A stretch of 64,000 nucleotides of DNA, taken from the IMG/VR virus record IMGVR_UViG_3300011254_000489, positions 23,024-87,023 of that record. The stretch is one strand, 5' to 3'. Position 1 is the stretch's first letter. Every line of letters begins with the position of its first letter. A program made the position numbers and the translations under genes. Below the pieces are notes generated by a model. That model did no database searches, was not told the DNA's origin, and saw nothing but the letters and a program-made list of their open reading frames with translations. The stretch comes from a virus. Below, piece after piece: positions 1-10,200 of the stretch.

Positions 1-322
1 CGCAAATGAAGTACATCATGTGGCGGCTACATACAACCAATTCAATAAGAAAATGACAATCTACTATGGCGGGGTAGAAGTTGCTAGTACCTTTCACACT
101 CAAAGCACTGACTTTTCTTTTGATAGAGAAGACTTTTATTTAGGGGCTAACGGTTCAGCAAATACAGGAGCAGATTCGGCCAAACTCAACAATCAATTCA
201 TGGGTGAGTTGCATGAATTTGCGTTTGTTAATGGGGCTAGAGAACAGTTTGATGTGACTTCATTAAACCCAAGATTTACGGATGCGTTGCTTTATTTTAG
301 ATTTGAGGAAGTGGACGAATGA
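1..322 (+). CDS. LamG/concanavalin-like virion protein, C-terminal part (probably starts upstream of the window)
   Basis: H-V-A-A-T-Y...IY..G...LGA...F.GELHEF pattern typical of LamG; reading frame open from the window edge. Confidence 0.7.
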   Translation, partial: ANEVHHVAATYNQFNKKMTIYYGGVEVASTFHTQSTDFSFDREDFYLGANGSANTGADSAKLNNQFMGELHEFAFVNGAREQFDVTSLNPRFTDALLYFRFEEVDE

Positions 323-3300
323 CTGTTTATGCTATGAGAAAGGGTACATCACCAAACCCTACCGTAGTTACTACGGTTAATGATGCTACAAACAACATCA
401 ATTTCAATTGCCCTACTAATCCTCTTCTTGTAGACTCGGCTACTGTAGCCACTACAAACAGACTCTTTGCCTATATCTGCACAGAAGATGACCCCGTTTC
501 AAAAACTTTCGTACAGAGATTGCAAAGTGGCGATTCCGCAGGGCATCAATATTCTAATTTGAGCAATACAGAAGGATACAAAATTCATTGCTATGACAAT
601 AATTCCGAAACGGGACTAAGGCTCAATGGTATAGCCCCCATATCTAGCCAAGCAAATGAATGGTTTGTTTTAGTTTATTCCGATGATGCACTAACCCACC
701 ATTTTGCTAGAATAACTGAGATAAATACAGATGATGTTTCGGGCGATAGTTTTGATTTTGAACCGAGACTTGGTACTAAAATTCCTAGAGATACTAAGTT
801 TATGGTTTTTCAAGGGCCGACTAAAACTGATACATCGGTTATTGCAGTTTCAGCAGGTATTTTGAATAGTGAAATAACAGGCGGATATAGGTACAATAAA
901 GCCTACATTACTGCAAGACCTATCTTTTATTTCTTTGATGATAGGCTAGATAAGAAAAATGAATTAGACCACAATAAAAAATATTATCTTAAATACGATG
1001 ATAGTAATATGGGTTCTGCTACTGTTACGCCTTCTCAAACAAACTGTTTTGTTACTGTAGAGGACTTTAGTACTAGAATATTAGATTATAGTAAATACAC
1101 AATGAAGGCTAGCGTTATAGATAATTTAAGGGATTTAGATGACCCGACTAAAAACGCAGTTACTTCCAACGAAGGTAATACTTTACCCACAAATGATTTT
1201 ACAGATTACGATGAATGTTTTTTTAACTCTAGAAGAGATACCGATAATTATTTTTCGTCTAGTGCCGCTACCTTAGAATTAAAAGGGCCGTACAGATATA
1301 TTCACTATAATTATTCTCCCGAAAAAGCAAATACTAATTTTTCTTTAGTGGACTTTACAGTATTAGAATCAATAGGGGATAAAGGAGGCTACGCAGATGC
1401 TAAGTTATACGATACTCAAAGAATCTTACCAACTAAAATTAAAGAATTTGACTTGATGAGACTAAGACACCGAGTACATACTGCTAACATACACGAATTG
1501 TTTGCATTAAAGGCTAAGGTTAATTCTTTAACTTCGGGCCAAACTTATGTTTTTGACACGGAGTATGATTTATCTTCTCTACTAACTGTAGGTGATGAAG
1601 TGAAAGTAGGTAACAGAATGGTGATTGTAAAAACAATTGCTTCGTTTTCTGCTCAACAACAAACAATAACCTTTGAAACAAGCAGTAGATTAGAGACAGA
1701 ATCTTCCTTTAGTACTTCTTCCTACACTTTAACTGCGGGAGATAGATTATATCGTAGGGCTTGGAGTCAATCAAAAGGTAATCTTTTGACAACTTTCAAG
1801 ATAATAGATAATAGAAGTAGTAACCTAAAGGTAGTTTTCAATAATCTATTAGAGGCAACAGTAACGGGTTCAAGTGCGGAAACTAAAACACTTACAGTTT
1901 CTTATGACAATTCATTGTATGAAGCATCTTCCTCTGTGGGTTTCTTTAAGGGAGCCTACACTATTGAGATAGAGAGATTTGAAGGAGATATTGAACAGAT
2001 AGATTCTGTTAGAGAGCATGGACAAAACTTCACTACAATATCGGGTCGTAGCAATTATTCAAAATTAATTTCTCCTTTAGTAAATAAAAACTATTCTTTC
2101 AGTAAGGATATTATCTATTCTAGTAATAGCCCTTACAATTCTATGGAGAAGGTTGGTACTGCTCCTGTTTTGTTTAGTAGTACTGCGTTTACTTTAGCGT
2201 CCACCACTGTAGACCCTGTAGCGAATGACCACCTGTTTGTTAAATACACAAATAAGAATATGGCCTACATAGGTCAAGTACAGGCATTCAATACCTCAAC
2301 AGAATTAGTCACATTAACTTCTGCTTCCTTTACTTCTACTATTGATTCGGGAGGGGTGCAAGTAGAAGAGATTTGGAAAATCTCAAACAAGAATTATATA
2401 TTATCCAAAGCATTATCGTCGGACAATAGAAATTCTATCTTCCCTACTTCTCTAACAGGTGCAACTGAAAAGGGATTGTTCTTTGAAAGCGGTGTAGATA
2501 CTTCCAATAGTAATTCGGATTTAGTAGGTAGTTCTGCTTCTACGGACACTAGAGCGATTGGATACCACTTTAACAATCCTACAAACATAAGAAAGGATGA
2601 AGCATTCCAAGCGGTATTATCCGATGGAGGGACTACTTATTCATCAGTTGAGCCTGTAAATACCTTGATGGATTTCACAGTTGTTTCTTCTAGTACTAAA
2701 GACGGAAAGACTACACTTGAGTTAGCACCTTATGTTCCTTTGACATTAGGAAGATTGGAATACAATGATGCTGATGCTTCGGATACCACCTTTGACACAG
2801 TAGGAAATTCTGTTGGCGTTGTTGTTTTTGGTGACAATAAAAAGTACATAGAAGTTGATGGTCTAGCGAATAGCCCTGCGGAAAAAGACTCTGTTTACAT
2901 AGCGGGTATTTTTGCAGGATATATTACTCAGTTAGTCAAGCCTAGTACTAGCACCAATTGGAGGATATATACAGATAGGGTCGTGGAGTATACTGCAAGT
3001 CAAGTAGTTAGTATATTGAATACTATTACTAGGGGTACTACAATTATAGAAGAAAAATATACTAGTGATTTGTACTTTGTTAATGGTGGGCATTTACATG
3101 GAGGTAAATTTGTTAGCCTATTGCACCCGTTTTTCGGTAATAATAAGCCGATGATTTTCAACATAGCGGCTACTTACATAACCGGAGTCCAAAGCACTAC
3201 TTCGGAAATGTTTGGGCAACCACTGTATAGAATTTCCCACATGGAAAAAGGTACTTTTGATTTTGTTTCTCCTGCGGTAGTTTCTACTTCTAATAAAGAC

Positions 3301-6300
3301 GCTTCTAATTTTTACTTAGGTGGTAGTAAATTAGGGTATTATGCTTCGGGCTACAAGATAGGTGGTGGTTCATATATTGATTCTAGTACTTATTATGATA
3401 GCGTTATTGGTAGAAAGGTGGGTTTTCCGCATTTACCAATTGAAATGAGAGGGAACTTTCCTGCTAGTGGTTCCTTATTTTTTGATTATGATGTGTATGA
3501 AAACGGTCATACTAAACCCACAATTTTTGTTAGTAGTGACCCAACGGATGATTCAGCCGCAATATCGGGTGGTAGTAGGTATCGTATTAAAGACATTTTA
3601 GAACAATTTGATTCTAAAGCAAGTAGACTATTTTTGTTTAGCAACAGTGATTTATTTCCATACACAAGTAATAGAAGTGACAGTTTGATGAATAGTTCGG
3701 TTGTTACTGCTAAGGACGATTTAAAGAAATTCAAATTGATGTTAATGTCAGCACCTACCTCAACTGCCGGTAGTGTAAAGCAATCTAAAATGGCTACTGA
3801 AGGTTCATCACTAGCATTGACAGACGAAAGTTATGAAGATGCCGCTATCATTGATGTTGATAAAAACATTACAGAATTGAAAAGAGCAGGAATAATGAGA
3901 TTGACTGAGGTAGTATTTGATGTGGCGTTCAATCAATTTAACCCCGAAAAACCTCCTGCCGAAAATAGAACCATACCCGAAGTAACTTATTATTATCATT
4001 CGTTTGCTTCTTTAAGTTGCACTGTGAGTTCTTATGGGTCTTCTCAAATAGTAGTCAATACGGCTATTTCAGTAAGTGATAACGACATTTTAGTAGATTC
4101 TAACCGTAATTTTATTGGTACTGTTAATGGTAATCAAAGTTCCGTGACAACTATTTCTTTAGATGCTAACCCTGTGCCTACTAATGGAGGTTCCGCTTAT
4201 ACGGGGGCTTTATACAAAGTTGATGAACTGTATAGAACGGTTATTAAGGGCCACGGTGGAGAAAGCAGTTTCTTAAACTTTGAAAAGGAAATTAATTTCT
4301 TGAAAGGAGTTGTGCATAATGATGCTTATGCTCCTACTTCTAGTGAATTCGTTTCTATTTTTGGTACAAGTAATACATTAATACGGCCTTCCAATGTTGC
4401 AATTGCTTCACAACAATATTCCAATCTAATTCTACCTTTAAGTTTTAATGATGGAATAGATGCTACTACTTCTATTGATGGGGGAATTGGAAACTCAACA
4501 AGCGCACAACACTCTAGTACTTGGTTGAGTAAGGTAGATGCTTTACCTAATTCTAATAGTTCTAGTGTTGATACCATATTTCAAAATCAATTACATGGCG
4601 TTTTCTTGGGTAGATTTTCTGTAGAGGATGGTATTACTGATGCTGATGAAATGATGACTAAAGGGACTACTTTCCCTGCTAATAATAATACTCACTTAAG
4701 GAAGTACACAGAAGATATTACTACTATGAATATGGGATTAAGTAGTGCTAGCAATTTTATGTCATTCAAAAATAGTATTGCTACAGAAAGAACGGCTCAA
4801 TCTAATGACGCTGATGGAGTATTTATTGGGTTTAAGTTTAGACTTAATTTAGATAGTACTCTAGGCACAGTTACTAAAACCACAATAAATATGCCTAATG
4901 GTGATAGTGCCTATCAATACAAAATAACAGGTACAGAAATTCTAGATTTAGTAAAGGATTTAACAGGGTGCTATTTAGCCTCCGAATATGTGGCTGAATA
5001 TTCTACAGGTTTTGGACAAAATGCTAGTTATCCGGCAAATCCGAAGGGAATAAATAACTCAATGCCTGTAGAGTTAGCCTATGTTTTGAGCCATGCAATA
5101 GATAGAAATGCCTCAACTCTTACTCATATCATAACAGTAGATAAAAATTTAACAGGAAAATATTATAGAGTCATGCAACCTAACGAAACTACATTTTACA
5201 ACTTTACCCCCAACAGAATTAAACTAAATACTCTATCTAGTGAATATACCAAAATACCATTTGAAGACAAAACCTATCAAGGCACAAAGGATTACTTGCT
5301 TCTCAAAGGTTCGGGTAGTAGAGGTAATTTAGTAGGTTCAACTTATACTTACAGTAACGAAGGACACAACGAAGCGGTACTATCTATGTATGTTCTAGTA
5401 GACCCCGATATGCAAGCATTAGGTGGAAGTAGAGATGAAATAGTACCGAGAACCCATACTGCTTCTTATAATGTATTTGCTGATTCGGCTAATTACTATG
5501 AAAAGAATTATTCTTTATGCTTATCCGATGGGGATACAACCTACAAAACCTCGGCTGAATTTCAATACATAGGTGCTAGTGGCGGTGCATATGTAGAGTT
5601 TGGTGAAATGAAAACTATGAAAGGTATAGTTTCCATGTCCGAAACTTTCTCCGTAACCACATCAAAGAATGTTAAGATACGACCAAAGAGAGCCATGATT
5701 GGTTCCGTGGTCAATGTTTGCAGTGAGGCAGAAAGTATCCTAAACGATTTATTAGAAACTAATGACATAGAATATTCTTTCTCGGATACTAATGACTATC
5801 CTCTTTTCTTAGCACCAAATTACAAAAGCACTGATTTGTTTTCTTCAATAAATTATGTATTGGAAAGAAAGGATAAGGCTTTAATTTACGAAAATGATGC
5901 GTTCTCAATTAGAAATAAAACTAATTCTACTCTCAATCCAAAGGTATTCATAACAGATAGAAACGACAAGTTCCAAATCGGTGACTTTGGTAAGTCCGAT
6001 GTGTTGTTTGATTTCTTCAATGAGATAATTGTTTATGGGGATTCACATGTTTCTACTAAAAGAAACTTAAGAAGTATTAAGGCTAGAGGTAAGAAAACTT
6101 TAGAAATAGATGAGCCTACTATTTTTACACAACAAGATGCAGATAAAAGAGCAACTGAATTACTAAGACTACATTCAAGATTGAATCAAAAGGTAACTAT
6201 TGAAATAGGGCAGAAGGGAATTTCTCACCTAAGAGCAGGGGACATTATTTCTTTAGAGTTAGTTAGAGAAAACATAGAGAAAAACCAATACATAATTTTG

Positions 6301-6633
6301 GAGATGGAGCATGGATTTAGCGGCTTCGTTAAATTGCAATTAGGAAGATTCTCTAAAGGGCTAGAAGATAGATTCGCTGAATTGTTAATTAGTACTAGAA
6401 AGAATAAGACTTTGCTTAGACCTAAAGAATTAGCAGAAGCAAATGAAAATGCTTCCTTCTTGGATAGTATCAAAATCAATGAACGCCGTTTGGTAATACA
6501 GACAAGAGTTTCTTCGGGCGGAAGTTCTTTTAGTATAGGGTTCGTGGAAGAAATTGGGTTCGGATTAGAAATGGGATTCGGCACATCGGGTAGCACAATA
6601 ACAACCACAACAGTAAGGGAGGTAGAGTATTGA
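319..6633 (+). CDS. Very large tail-tip/baseplate hub-like structural protein (2104 aa)
   Basis: Ser/Thr-rich beta protein; C-terminal NEIIVYG...SIKARGKKTLEIDEP...A..LL...LRAGDII...YII.E hub-type motif; followed by tail fibre genes. Confidence 0.65.
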   Translation: MTVYAMRKGTSPNPTVVTTVNDATNNINFNCPTNPLLVDSATVATTNRLFAYICTEDDPVSKTFVQRLQSGDSAGHQYSNLSNTEGYKIHCYDNNSETGLRLNGIAPISSQANEWFVLVYSDDALTHHFARITEINTDDVSGDSFDFEPRLGTKIPRDTKFMVFQGPTKTDTSVIAVSAGILNSEITGGYRYNKAYITARPIFYFFDDRLDKKNELDHNKKYYLKYDDSNMGSATVTPSQTNCFVTVEDFSTRILDYSKYTMKASVIDNLRDLDDPTKNAVTSNEGNTLPTNDFTDYDECFFNSRRDTDNYFSSSAATLELKGPYRYIHYNYSPEKANTNFSLVDFTVLESIGDKGGYADAKLYDTQRILPTKIKEFDLMRLRHRVHTANIHELFALKAKVNSLTSGQTYVFDTEYDLSSLLTVGDEVKVGNRMVIVKTIASFSAQQQTITFETSSRLETESSFSTSSYTLTAGDRLYRRAWSQSKGNLLTTFKIIDNRSSNLKVVFNNLLEATVTGSSAETKTLTVSYDNSLYEASSSVGFFKGAYTIEIERFEGDIEQIDSVREHGQNFTTISGRSNYSKLISPLVNKNYSFSKDIIYSSNSPYNSMEKVGTAPVLFSSTAFTLASTTVDPVANDHLFVKYTNKNMAYIGQVQAFNTSTELVTLTSASFTSTIDSGGVQVEEIWKISNKNYILSKALSSDNRNSIFPTSLTGATEKGLFFESGVDTSNSNSDLVGSSASTDTRAIGYHFNNPTNIRKDEAFQAVLSDGGTTYSSVEPVNTLMDFTVVSSSTKDGKTTLELAPYVPLTLGRLEYNDADASDTTFDTVGNSVGVVVFGDNKKYIEVDGLANSPAEKDSVYIAGIFAGYITQLVKPSTSTNWRIYTDRVVEYTASQVVSILNTITRGTTIIEEKYTSDLYFVNGGHLHGGKFVSLLHPFFGNNKPMIFNIAATYITGVQSTTSEMFGQPLYRISHMEKGTFDFVSPAVVSTSNKDASNFYLGGSKLGYYASGYKIGGGSYIDSSTYYDSVIGRKVGFPHLPIEMRGNFPASGSLFFDYDVYENGHTKPTIFVSSDPTDDSAAISGGSRYRIKDILEQFDSKASRLFLFSNSDLFPYTSNRSDSLMNSSVVTAKDDLKKFKLMLMSAPTSTAGSVKQSKMATEGSSLALTDESYEDAAIIDVDKNITELKRAGIMRLTEVVFDVAFNQFNPEKPPAENRTIPEVTYYYHSFASLSCTVSSYGSSQIVVNTAISVSDNDILVDSNRNFIGTVNGNQSSVTTISLDANPVPTNGGSAYTGALYKVDELYRTVIKGHGGESSFLNFEKEINFLKGVVHNDAYAPTSSEFVSIFGTSNTLIRPSNVAIASQQYSNLILPLSFNDGIDATTSIDGGIGNSTSAQHSSTWLSKVDALPNSNSSSVDTIFQNQLHGVFLGRFSVEDGITDADEMMTKGTTFPANNNTHLRKYTEDITTMNMGLSSASNFMSFKNSIATERTAQSNDADGVFIGFKFRLNLDSTLGTVTKTTINMPNGDSAYQYKITGTEILDLVKDLTGCYLASEYVAEYSTGFGQNASYPANPKGINNSMPVELAYVLSHAIDRNASTLTHIITVDKNLTGKYYRVMQPNETTFYNFTPNRIKLNTLSSEYTKIPFEDKTYQGTKDYLLLKGSGSRGNLVGSTYTYSNEGHNEAVLSMYVLVDPDMQALGGSRDEIVPRTHTASYNVFADSANYYEKNYSLCLSDGDTTYKTSAEFQYIGASGGAYVEFGEMKTMKGIVSMSETFSVTTSKNVKIRPKRAMIGSVVNVCSEAESILNDLLETNDIEYSFSDTNDYPLFLAPNYKSTDLFSSINYVLERKDKALIYENDAFSIRNKTNSTLNPKVFITDRNDKFQIGDFGKSDVLFDFFNEIIVYGDSHVSTKRNLRSIKARGKKTLEIDEPTIFTQQDADKRATELLRLHSRLNQKVTIEIGQKGISHLRAGDIISLELVRENIEKNQYIILEMEHGFSGFVKLQLGRFSKGLEDRFAELLISTRKNKTLLRPKELAEANENASFLDSIKINERRLVIQTRVSSGGSSFSIGFVEEIGFGLEMGFGTSGSTITTTTVREVEY

Positions 6634-6968
6634 TTACAGATTCAACAAGACAGGCTATAGCCACGCACCTCAAAGACACCTACACGAAGGCTAGAATAGG
6701 CTTAGGAGGCAATTCTACAAGTCCCGTTGCTACAAACTTAGATGTACCCTTGTCAAATGTTATTGCTACAGTTAATTCTTTGTCCGATTTGAATGTCGTT
6801 GATTTCAAATTTACTGTGGCGGGTTCTTCAATTTCGGGTCTAACTATTAGAGAGGTTGCTATTTTTAATGCGGGCTATACAGAAATGCTAACAAGAATAA
6901 ACTTTGAAGGCATTGGGCCTTTCTCTTCGGGAGACTTAGACTTTTTCGTAACTATTGAGGTGGAATAA
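6630..6968 (+). CDS. Tail collar/fibre-attachment-like protein
   Basis: IT..GR-like start, IGLG, IREVAIF...ML.R motif as in tail-collar fibre N-termini; GAGGT RBS. Confidence 0.55.
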   Translation: MITDSTRQAIATHLKDTYTKARIGLGGNSTSPVATNLDVPLSNVIATVNSLSDLNVVDFKFTVAGSSISGLTIREVAIFNAGYTEMLTRINFEGIGPFSSGDLDFFVTIEVE

Positions 6969-6969
6969 C

Positions 6970-8859
6970 ATGGCGGCAAGTAATAACAACGGCGGATTTT
7001 CAAGAATGGGAGCAGACCCTACAGTTAGTGGTCTAAGAGATGGAACAGATTTTCCTCATAGTGGAATTTACCATGCTTTGAATTCTGCTACTCAAGGAAA
7101 TTATGCAATCATTGATGGTAATAATTTCAACATTACACAAACAGATGTTGCTTCCAATAGTAGATTTGTTGTAGCGGCAGGTAGGGTTTTTAGAGATGGG
7201 GCATTAGTAGCGGAAATTGCTACTGCTACTTTCAATCAAGGCACACCTTCTACATTTGATGAACCCACTAGCGGGAATGCTTACTTTTTACTAGTAGTTA
7301 ATTCTTCAAATGCTTTAGCAATTTTAGGAGATAAGGCTACTACTGATTTAGTTCCTAATTTAACAAATAGGGACGAGATACCTATTGCAGTTATTAGACT
7401 GACTAGTGGGGAAAACTATGACGCTAGACATATTCAATTTTTAACTACTTCTAAGGATGAAAATTCATTAAGTATTGGGCATAATGATAGCGGTTATACT
7501 GAATCGGGAAATATTACAGGGGATGCTAATAGCATAGATATTGTTTCAACTCCTAGTAATGCAGATATTAACTTAGTACCAAACGGTACGGGGAAGGTGG
7601 GCGTTGGTACTGCTTCTCCTGCTACTAAATTACATGTGGTAGGAGGGGCGACTCCTATTGTTAGAGTAGATGGGGGTACTAATCATGCTACTACTACCGT
7701 AGATAATAACATTCAAGGAGTTGAAATAAGTAAAAATGGAATGAATACGACAAATAAATACAACGGCGGATATAAATTTACTTCTACGGATACTGCTTTT
7801 ACTACTCATAGTCCTAAGATGTTAGCGGCTATGGTACATAGAGCATTACAGACTTATGATGCTGATTCTAAAGGTAATTCAGCAATTGATTTCTTTATCC
7901 ATGATGGTACTACTACTGACGGAACCGGCCCTGCATCTGTTAAACACACACTGACTTCTAGTGCTTTAGGTATTGGGACTGATGACCCCGCCGCAGAAGT
8001 GCATATAATGGGAGCAAATGCCCCCGAATTAAGGCTACAAGAAAACGGTAATGATGGATATACTTCTGTTGTCGCTTACTCGGATAGTTACGGAGGATTG
8101 GCGGTAAGAGATAATGCAGGAAGCGATTCCACCATTTTAGACATAGATGTGGAGTCGGCAGGAACAGGCGCACAAACACTTCGCTTATTTAGGACTAGTA
8201 ATGCTAGTGCTAGTTCTACTAAATTCCAAATATTATCAGCAGGAACTACAACCGAGGTTTTCCGAGTGGCGGCTGATGACGGAGATACCACTATTGCCCA
8301 ATCCTTAAAATTATCAGTGACTAGCCAAGATGGTTATATTGATAACATAATTGACGATAAAGATATAATCTTTAGAGCAAGTACCTCTAGTGCAACAAAT
8401 GAAATTATGCGTGTTGATAGTACTCAACAGGCAGTCTCTATTGGAACTGTTACCTCTAATGCTAAATTAACTGTTGATGGGGATATTTCTAGAAAGGGAT
8501 TAGTTAGAAATGTAACTATTGCTTTAGGTACGCCCTTACCTTCAGGGGATACTTATGTTATTGTGGATACTGATGATTATATCCAAGCCTCTGCCCCTGT
8601 GGGTTTACCTTTAGAGTTGCAGTTGCCCGATGCAGGAGCAGACGATTTAGGAAGAACATTCCGTAGTGTTGCTAGAGAAGTTACTGGCGGATTGACTTTA
8701 ACGAGAACAGGTTCAAGTGATAACCTCTTTGACCCCGCAGGTACTCCTATTACCGAAGCCATTACAGGAACAAGCAATATTTTAACTATGGTTGCGGGAA
8801 AGGTATATGATGTCACATGTAATGATGCAGACCAATGGACTGTAATAACACTAAACTGA
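6970..8859 (+). CDS. Tail fibre / receptor-binding protein
   Basis: Repeated G.VGVGT.SP..KLHV / LGIGT.DP..EVHI / VSIGT....KLTV fibre repeats; start refined to ATG 6970 after GAGGTGG RBS. Confidence 0.7.
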   Translation: MAASNNNGGFSRMGADPTVSGLRDGTDFPHSGIYHALNSATQGNYAIIDGNNFNITQTDVASNSRFVVAAGRVFRDGALVAEIATATFNQGTPSTFDEPTSGNAYFLLVVNSSNALAILGDKATTDLVPNLTNRDEIPIAVIRLTSGENYDARHIQFLTTSKDENSLSIGHNDSGYTESGNITGDANSIDIVSTPSNADINLVPNGTGKVGVGTASPATKLHVVGGATPIVRVDGGTNHATTTVDNNIQGVEISKNGMNTTNKYNGGYKFTSTDTAFTTHSPKMLAAMVHRALQTYDADSKGNSAIDFFIHDGTTTDGTGPASVKHTLTSSALGIGTDDPAAEVHIMGANAPELRLQENGNDGYTSVVAYSDSYGGLAVRDNAGSDSTILDIDVESAGTGAQTLRLFRTSNASASSTKFQILSAGTTTEVFRVAADDGDTTIAQSLKLSVTSQDGYIDNIIDDKDIIFRASTSSATNEIMRVDSTQQAVSIGTVTSNAKLTVDGDISRKGLVRNVTIALGTPLPSGDTYVIVDTDDYIQASAPVGLPLELQLPDAGADDLGRTFRSVAREVTGGLTLTRTGSSDNLFDPAGTPITEAITGTSNILTMVAGKVYDVTCNDADQWTVITLN

Positions 8860-8890
8860 TAGCAAAGTTTATTTTCTACACCACCCTCCT

Positions 8891-9052
8891 TTGCTTGTGA
8901 GCCTATTAGTTTATTTTTTTGCCGCCTTTATTTTGGGATTTGTTACTGTTTGGTTGGCTACTCCGCCATCAAAAGACACTTTCATAATCTTTGAAAGCGG
9001 TGAAGAATTAGATGAAATGTGTTGGGGCGGTCTAAGGAGAGGCCACCAATGA
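8891..9052 (+). CDS. Small membrane protein (53 aa, not in ORF track)
   Basis: TTG start; MLVSLLVYFFAAFILGFVTVWLATPP... one TM helix; stop overlaps ATG of next gene (ATGA). Confidence 0.55.
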   Translation: MLVSLLVYFFAAFILGFVTVWLATPPSKDTFIIFESGEELDEMCWGGLRRGHQ

Positions 9053-9897
9053 AAATTAGAATTGTAGAGGTTTCTCCTAGAGACGGTCTACAATCGCTAG
9101 AAGAATTTGTTCCTACAGAAGTCAAAAGAGATTTGATTAACTCTCTTTACGGTGCAGGTTTCTCTCATGTAGAAGAAACAAGTTTTGCTCATCCTAAATT
9201 TGTGCCGCAAATGGCTGACGCAGAGCAAGTGTACCAGAAAGGTTCCGTTTTAGTTATGAATAATAGAGGTTTTATTAGGGCTAAAAAAATAGGAGTAGAG
9301 AAAATTAATATTGTTTTTTCTCCTTGTGAAACTTTTAACTTAAATAATATGGGCAAAACTAGAAACGAAATAGTATTGATGTATAAAACATTCATGGATA
9401 GAGTACCAAAAGAAAATGTTAGAGTCTATTTATCTATGGCTTTTGGTAGTCCTTACAGTGGTTCTTTTTCTCCAACTACGATTCGTTCTTGTATTAGGGA
9501 TGCTAAGATGTTTGGAAACACTGTAGTATTTTCCGATACTGTGGGGGTAGGAACTAGAAACGAAGTTGGCTTATTTGCTGAAATGGCTTTAGAAGAAGGG
9601 GTCATCCCCGCCTTACATTTACACCATAAGGGAGAAGAAGAAAGGGCTATATCTTTAGTTAGAGCAGGATTATTTTCGGGGATAAAAGAATTTGATAGTA
9701 GTATAGGTGGCTTAGGTGGCTGTCCTTTCGTTGAAGATAGTGGCGGTAATTTATCTACGGAAGCCCTCGTAGGACATTTAGAAGCATGGGGTTTTGATTG
9801 TGGAGTAAAAATAGATGATTTGACCCCTGCTAAAAAAATCGCACAATCCATAAAAAATGCCCAAAATGAAAAAATGGGCCGCATGACTCACCCCTAA
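9049..9897 (+). CDS. hmgL: Hydroxymethylglutaryl-CoA lyase (DRE-TIM metallolyase), auxiliary metabolic gene
   Basis: EVSPRDGLQ, SF.HPK.VPQMADA, DTVG.G, LHLH metal ligands, GLGGCPF....GN.STE catalytic Cys loop; start refined to 9049. Confidence 0.9.
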   Translation: MKIRIVEVSPRDGLQSLEEFVPTEVKRDLINSLYGAGFSHVEETSFAHPKFVPQMADAEQVYQKGSVLVMNNRGFIRAKKIGVEKINIVFSPCETFNLNNMGKTRNEIVLMYKTFMDRVPKENVRVYLSMAFGSPYSGSFSPTTIRSCIRDAKMFGNTVVFSDTVGVGTRNEVGLFAEMALEEGVIPALHLHHKGEEERAISLVRAGLFSGIKEFDSSIGGLGGCPFVEDSGGNLSTEALVGHLEAWGFDCGVKIDDLTPAKKIAQSIKNAQNEKMGRMTHP

Positions 9898-9915
9898 AGG
9901 TAAGCCATACGACCC
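9869..9915 (-). terminator. Stem-loop plus U-tract ending the long minus-strand block
   Basis: Minus strand GGGTCGTATGGCTTACC pairs with GGTGAGTCATGCGGCCC (17 bp, 4 G-U), followed by ATTTTTT; lies at convergence of two operons. Confidence 0.7.
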
Positions 9916-9919
9916 TAAT

Positions 9920-10051
9920 TTATTTCCATATGCCGCCGCAACTGCGACATTCCCAAAGTTTAACCTTCTTATCCGAACCAATGTAAAATCCTTGAATCCT
10001 TATTGCGATTGTTTTTTCTTCGCAATAAATACAAGTTTGTTTTAGACTCAT
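9920..10051 (-). CDS. Small zinc-ribbon protein (43 aa), TFS/RpoM C-terminal-like spacing
   Basis: MSLKQTCIYC...WECRSCGGIWK; ATGA overlap with upstream ORF. Confidence 0.65.
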   Translation of the reverse strand: MSLKQTCIYCEEKTIAIRIQGFYIGSDKKVKLWECRSCGGIWK

Positions 10052-10200
10052 TTCTTATCGGAATGGTTTTCTTTCATCAGTCTTTTCATGTAGTCCTCTA
10101 CTGATTGTTCAGTTAAATTAGACCCACCAAACGCCGCAAAAAACAACAAAATAGTAGTCAAACCAAACAACAATGCTCCAAACCATTCCCAAGTACTCAT
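10048..10200 (-). CDS. Small membrane protein (50 aa)
   Basis: MSTWEWFGALLFGLTTILLFFAAFGG..., one TM helix; translationally coupled on both sides. Confidence 0.65.
   Translation of the reverse strand: MSTWEWFGALLFGLTTILLFFAAFGGSNLTEQSVEDYMKRLMKENHSDKK

Noticed and set aside
2394-8816. Minus-strand ORFs inside the tail genes (and similar antisense ORFs across the window)
   Set aside because: Shadow frames of long genes, with no RBS or recognisable motifs
9453-9981. Minus-strand ORFs 9453-9884 and 9778-9981
   Set aside because: Antisense to hmgL or crossing the terminator; the 43-aa zinc-ribbon frame explains the region better
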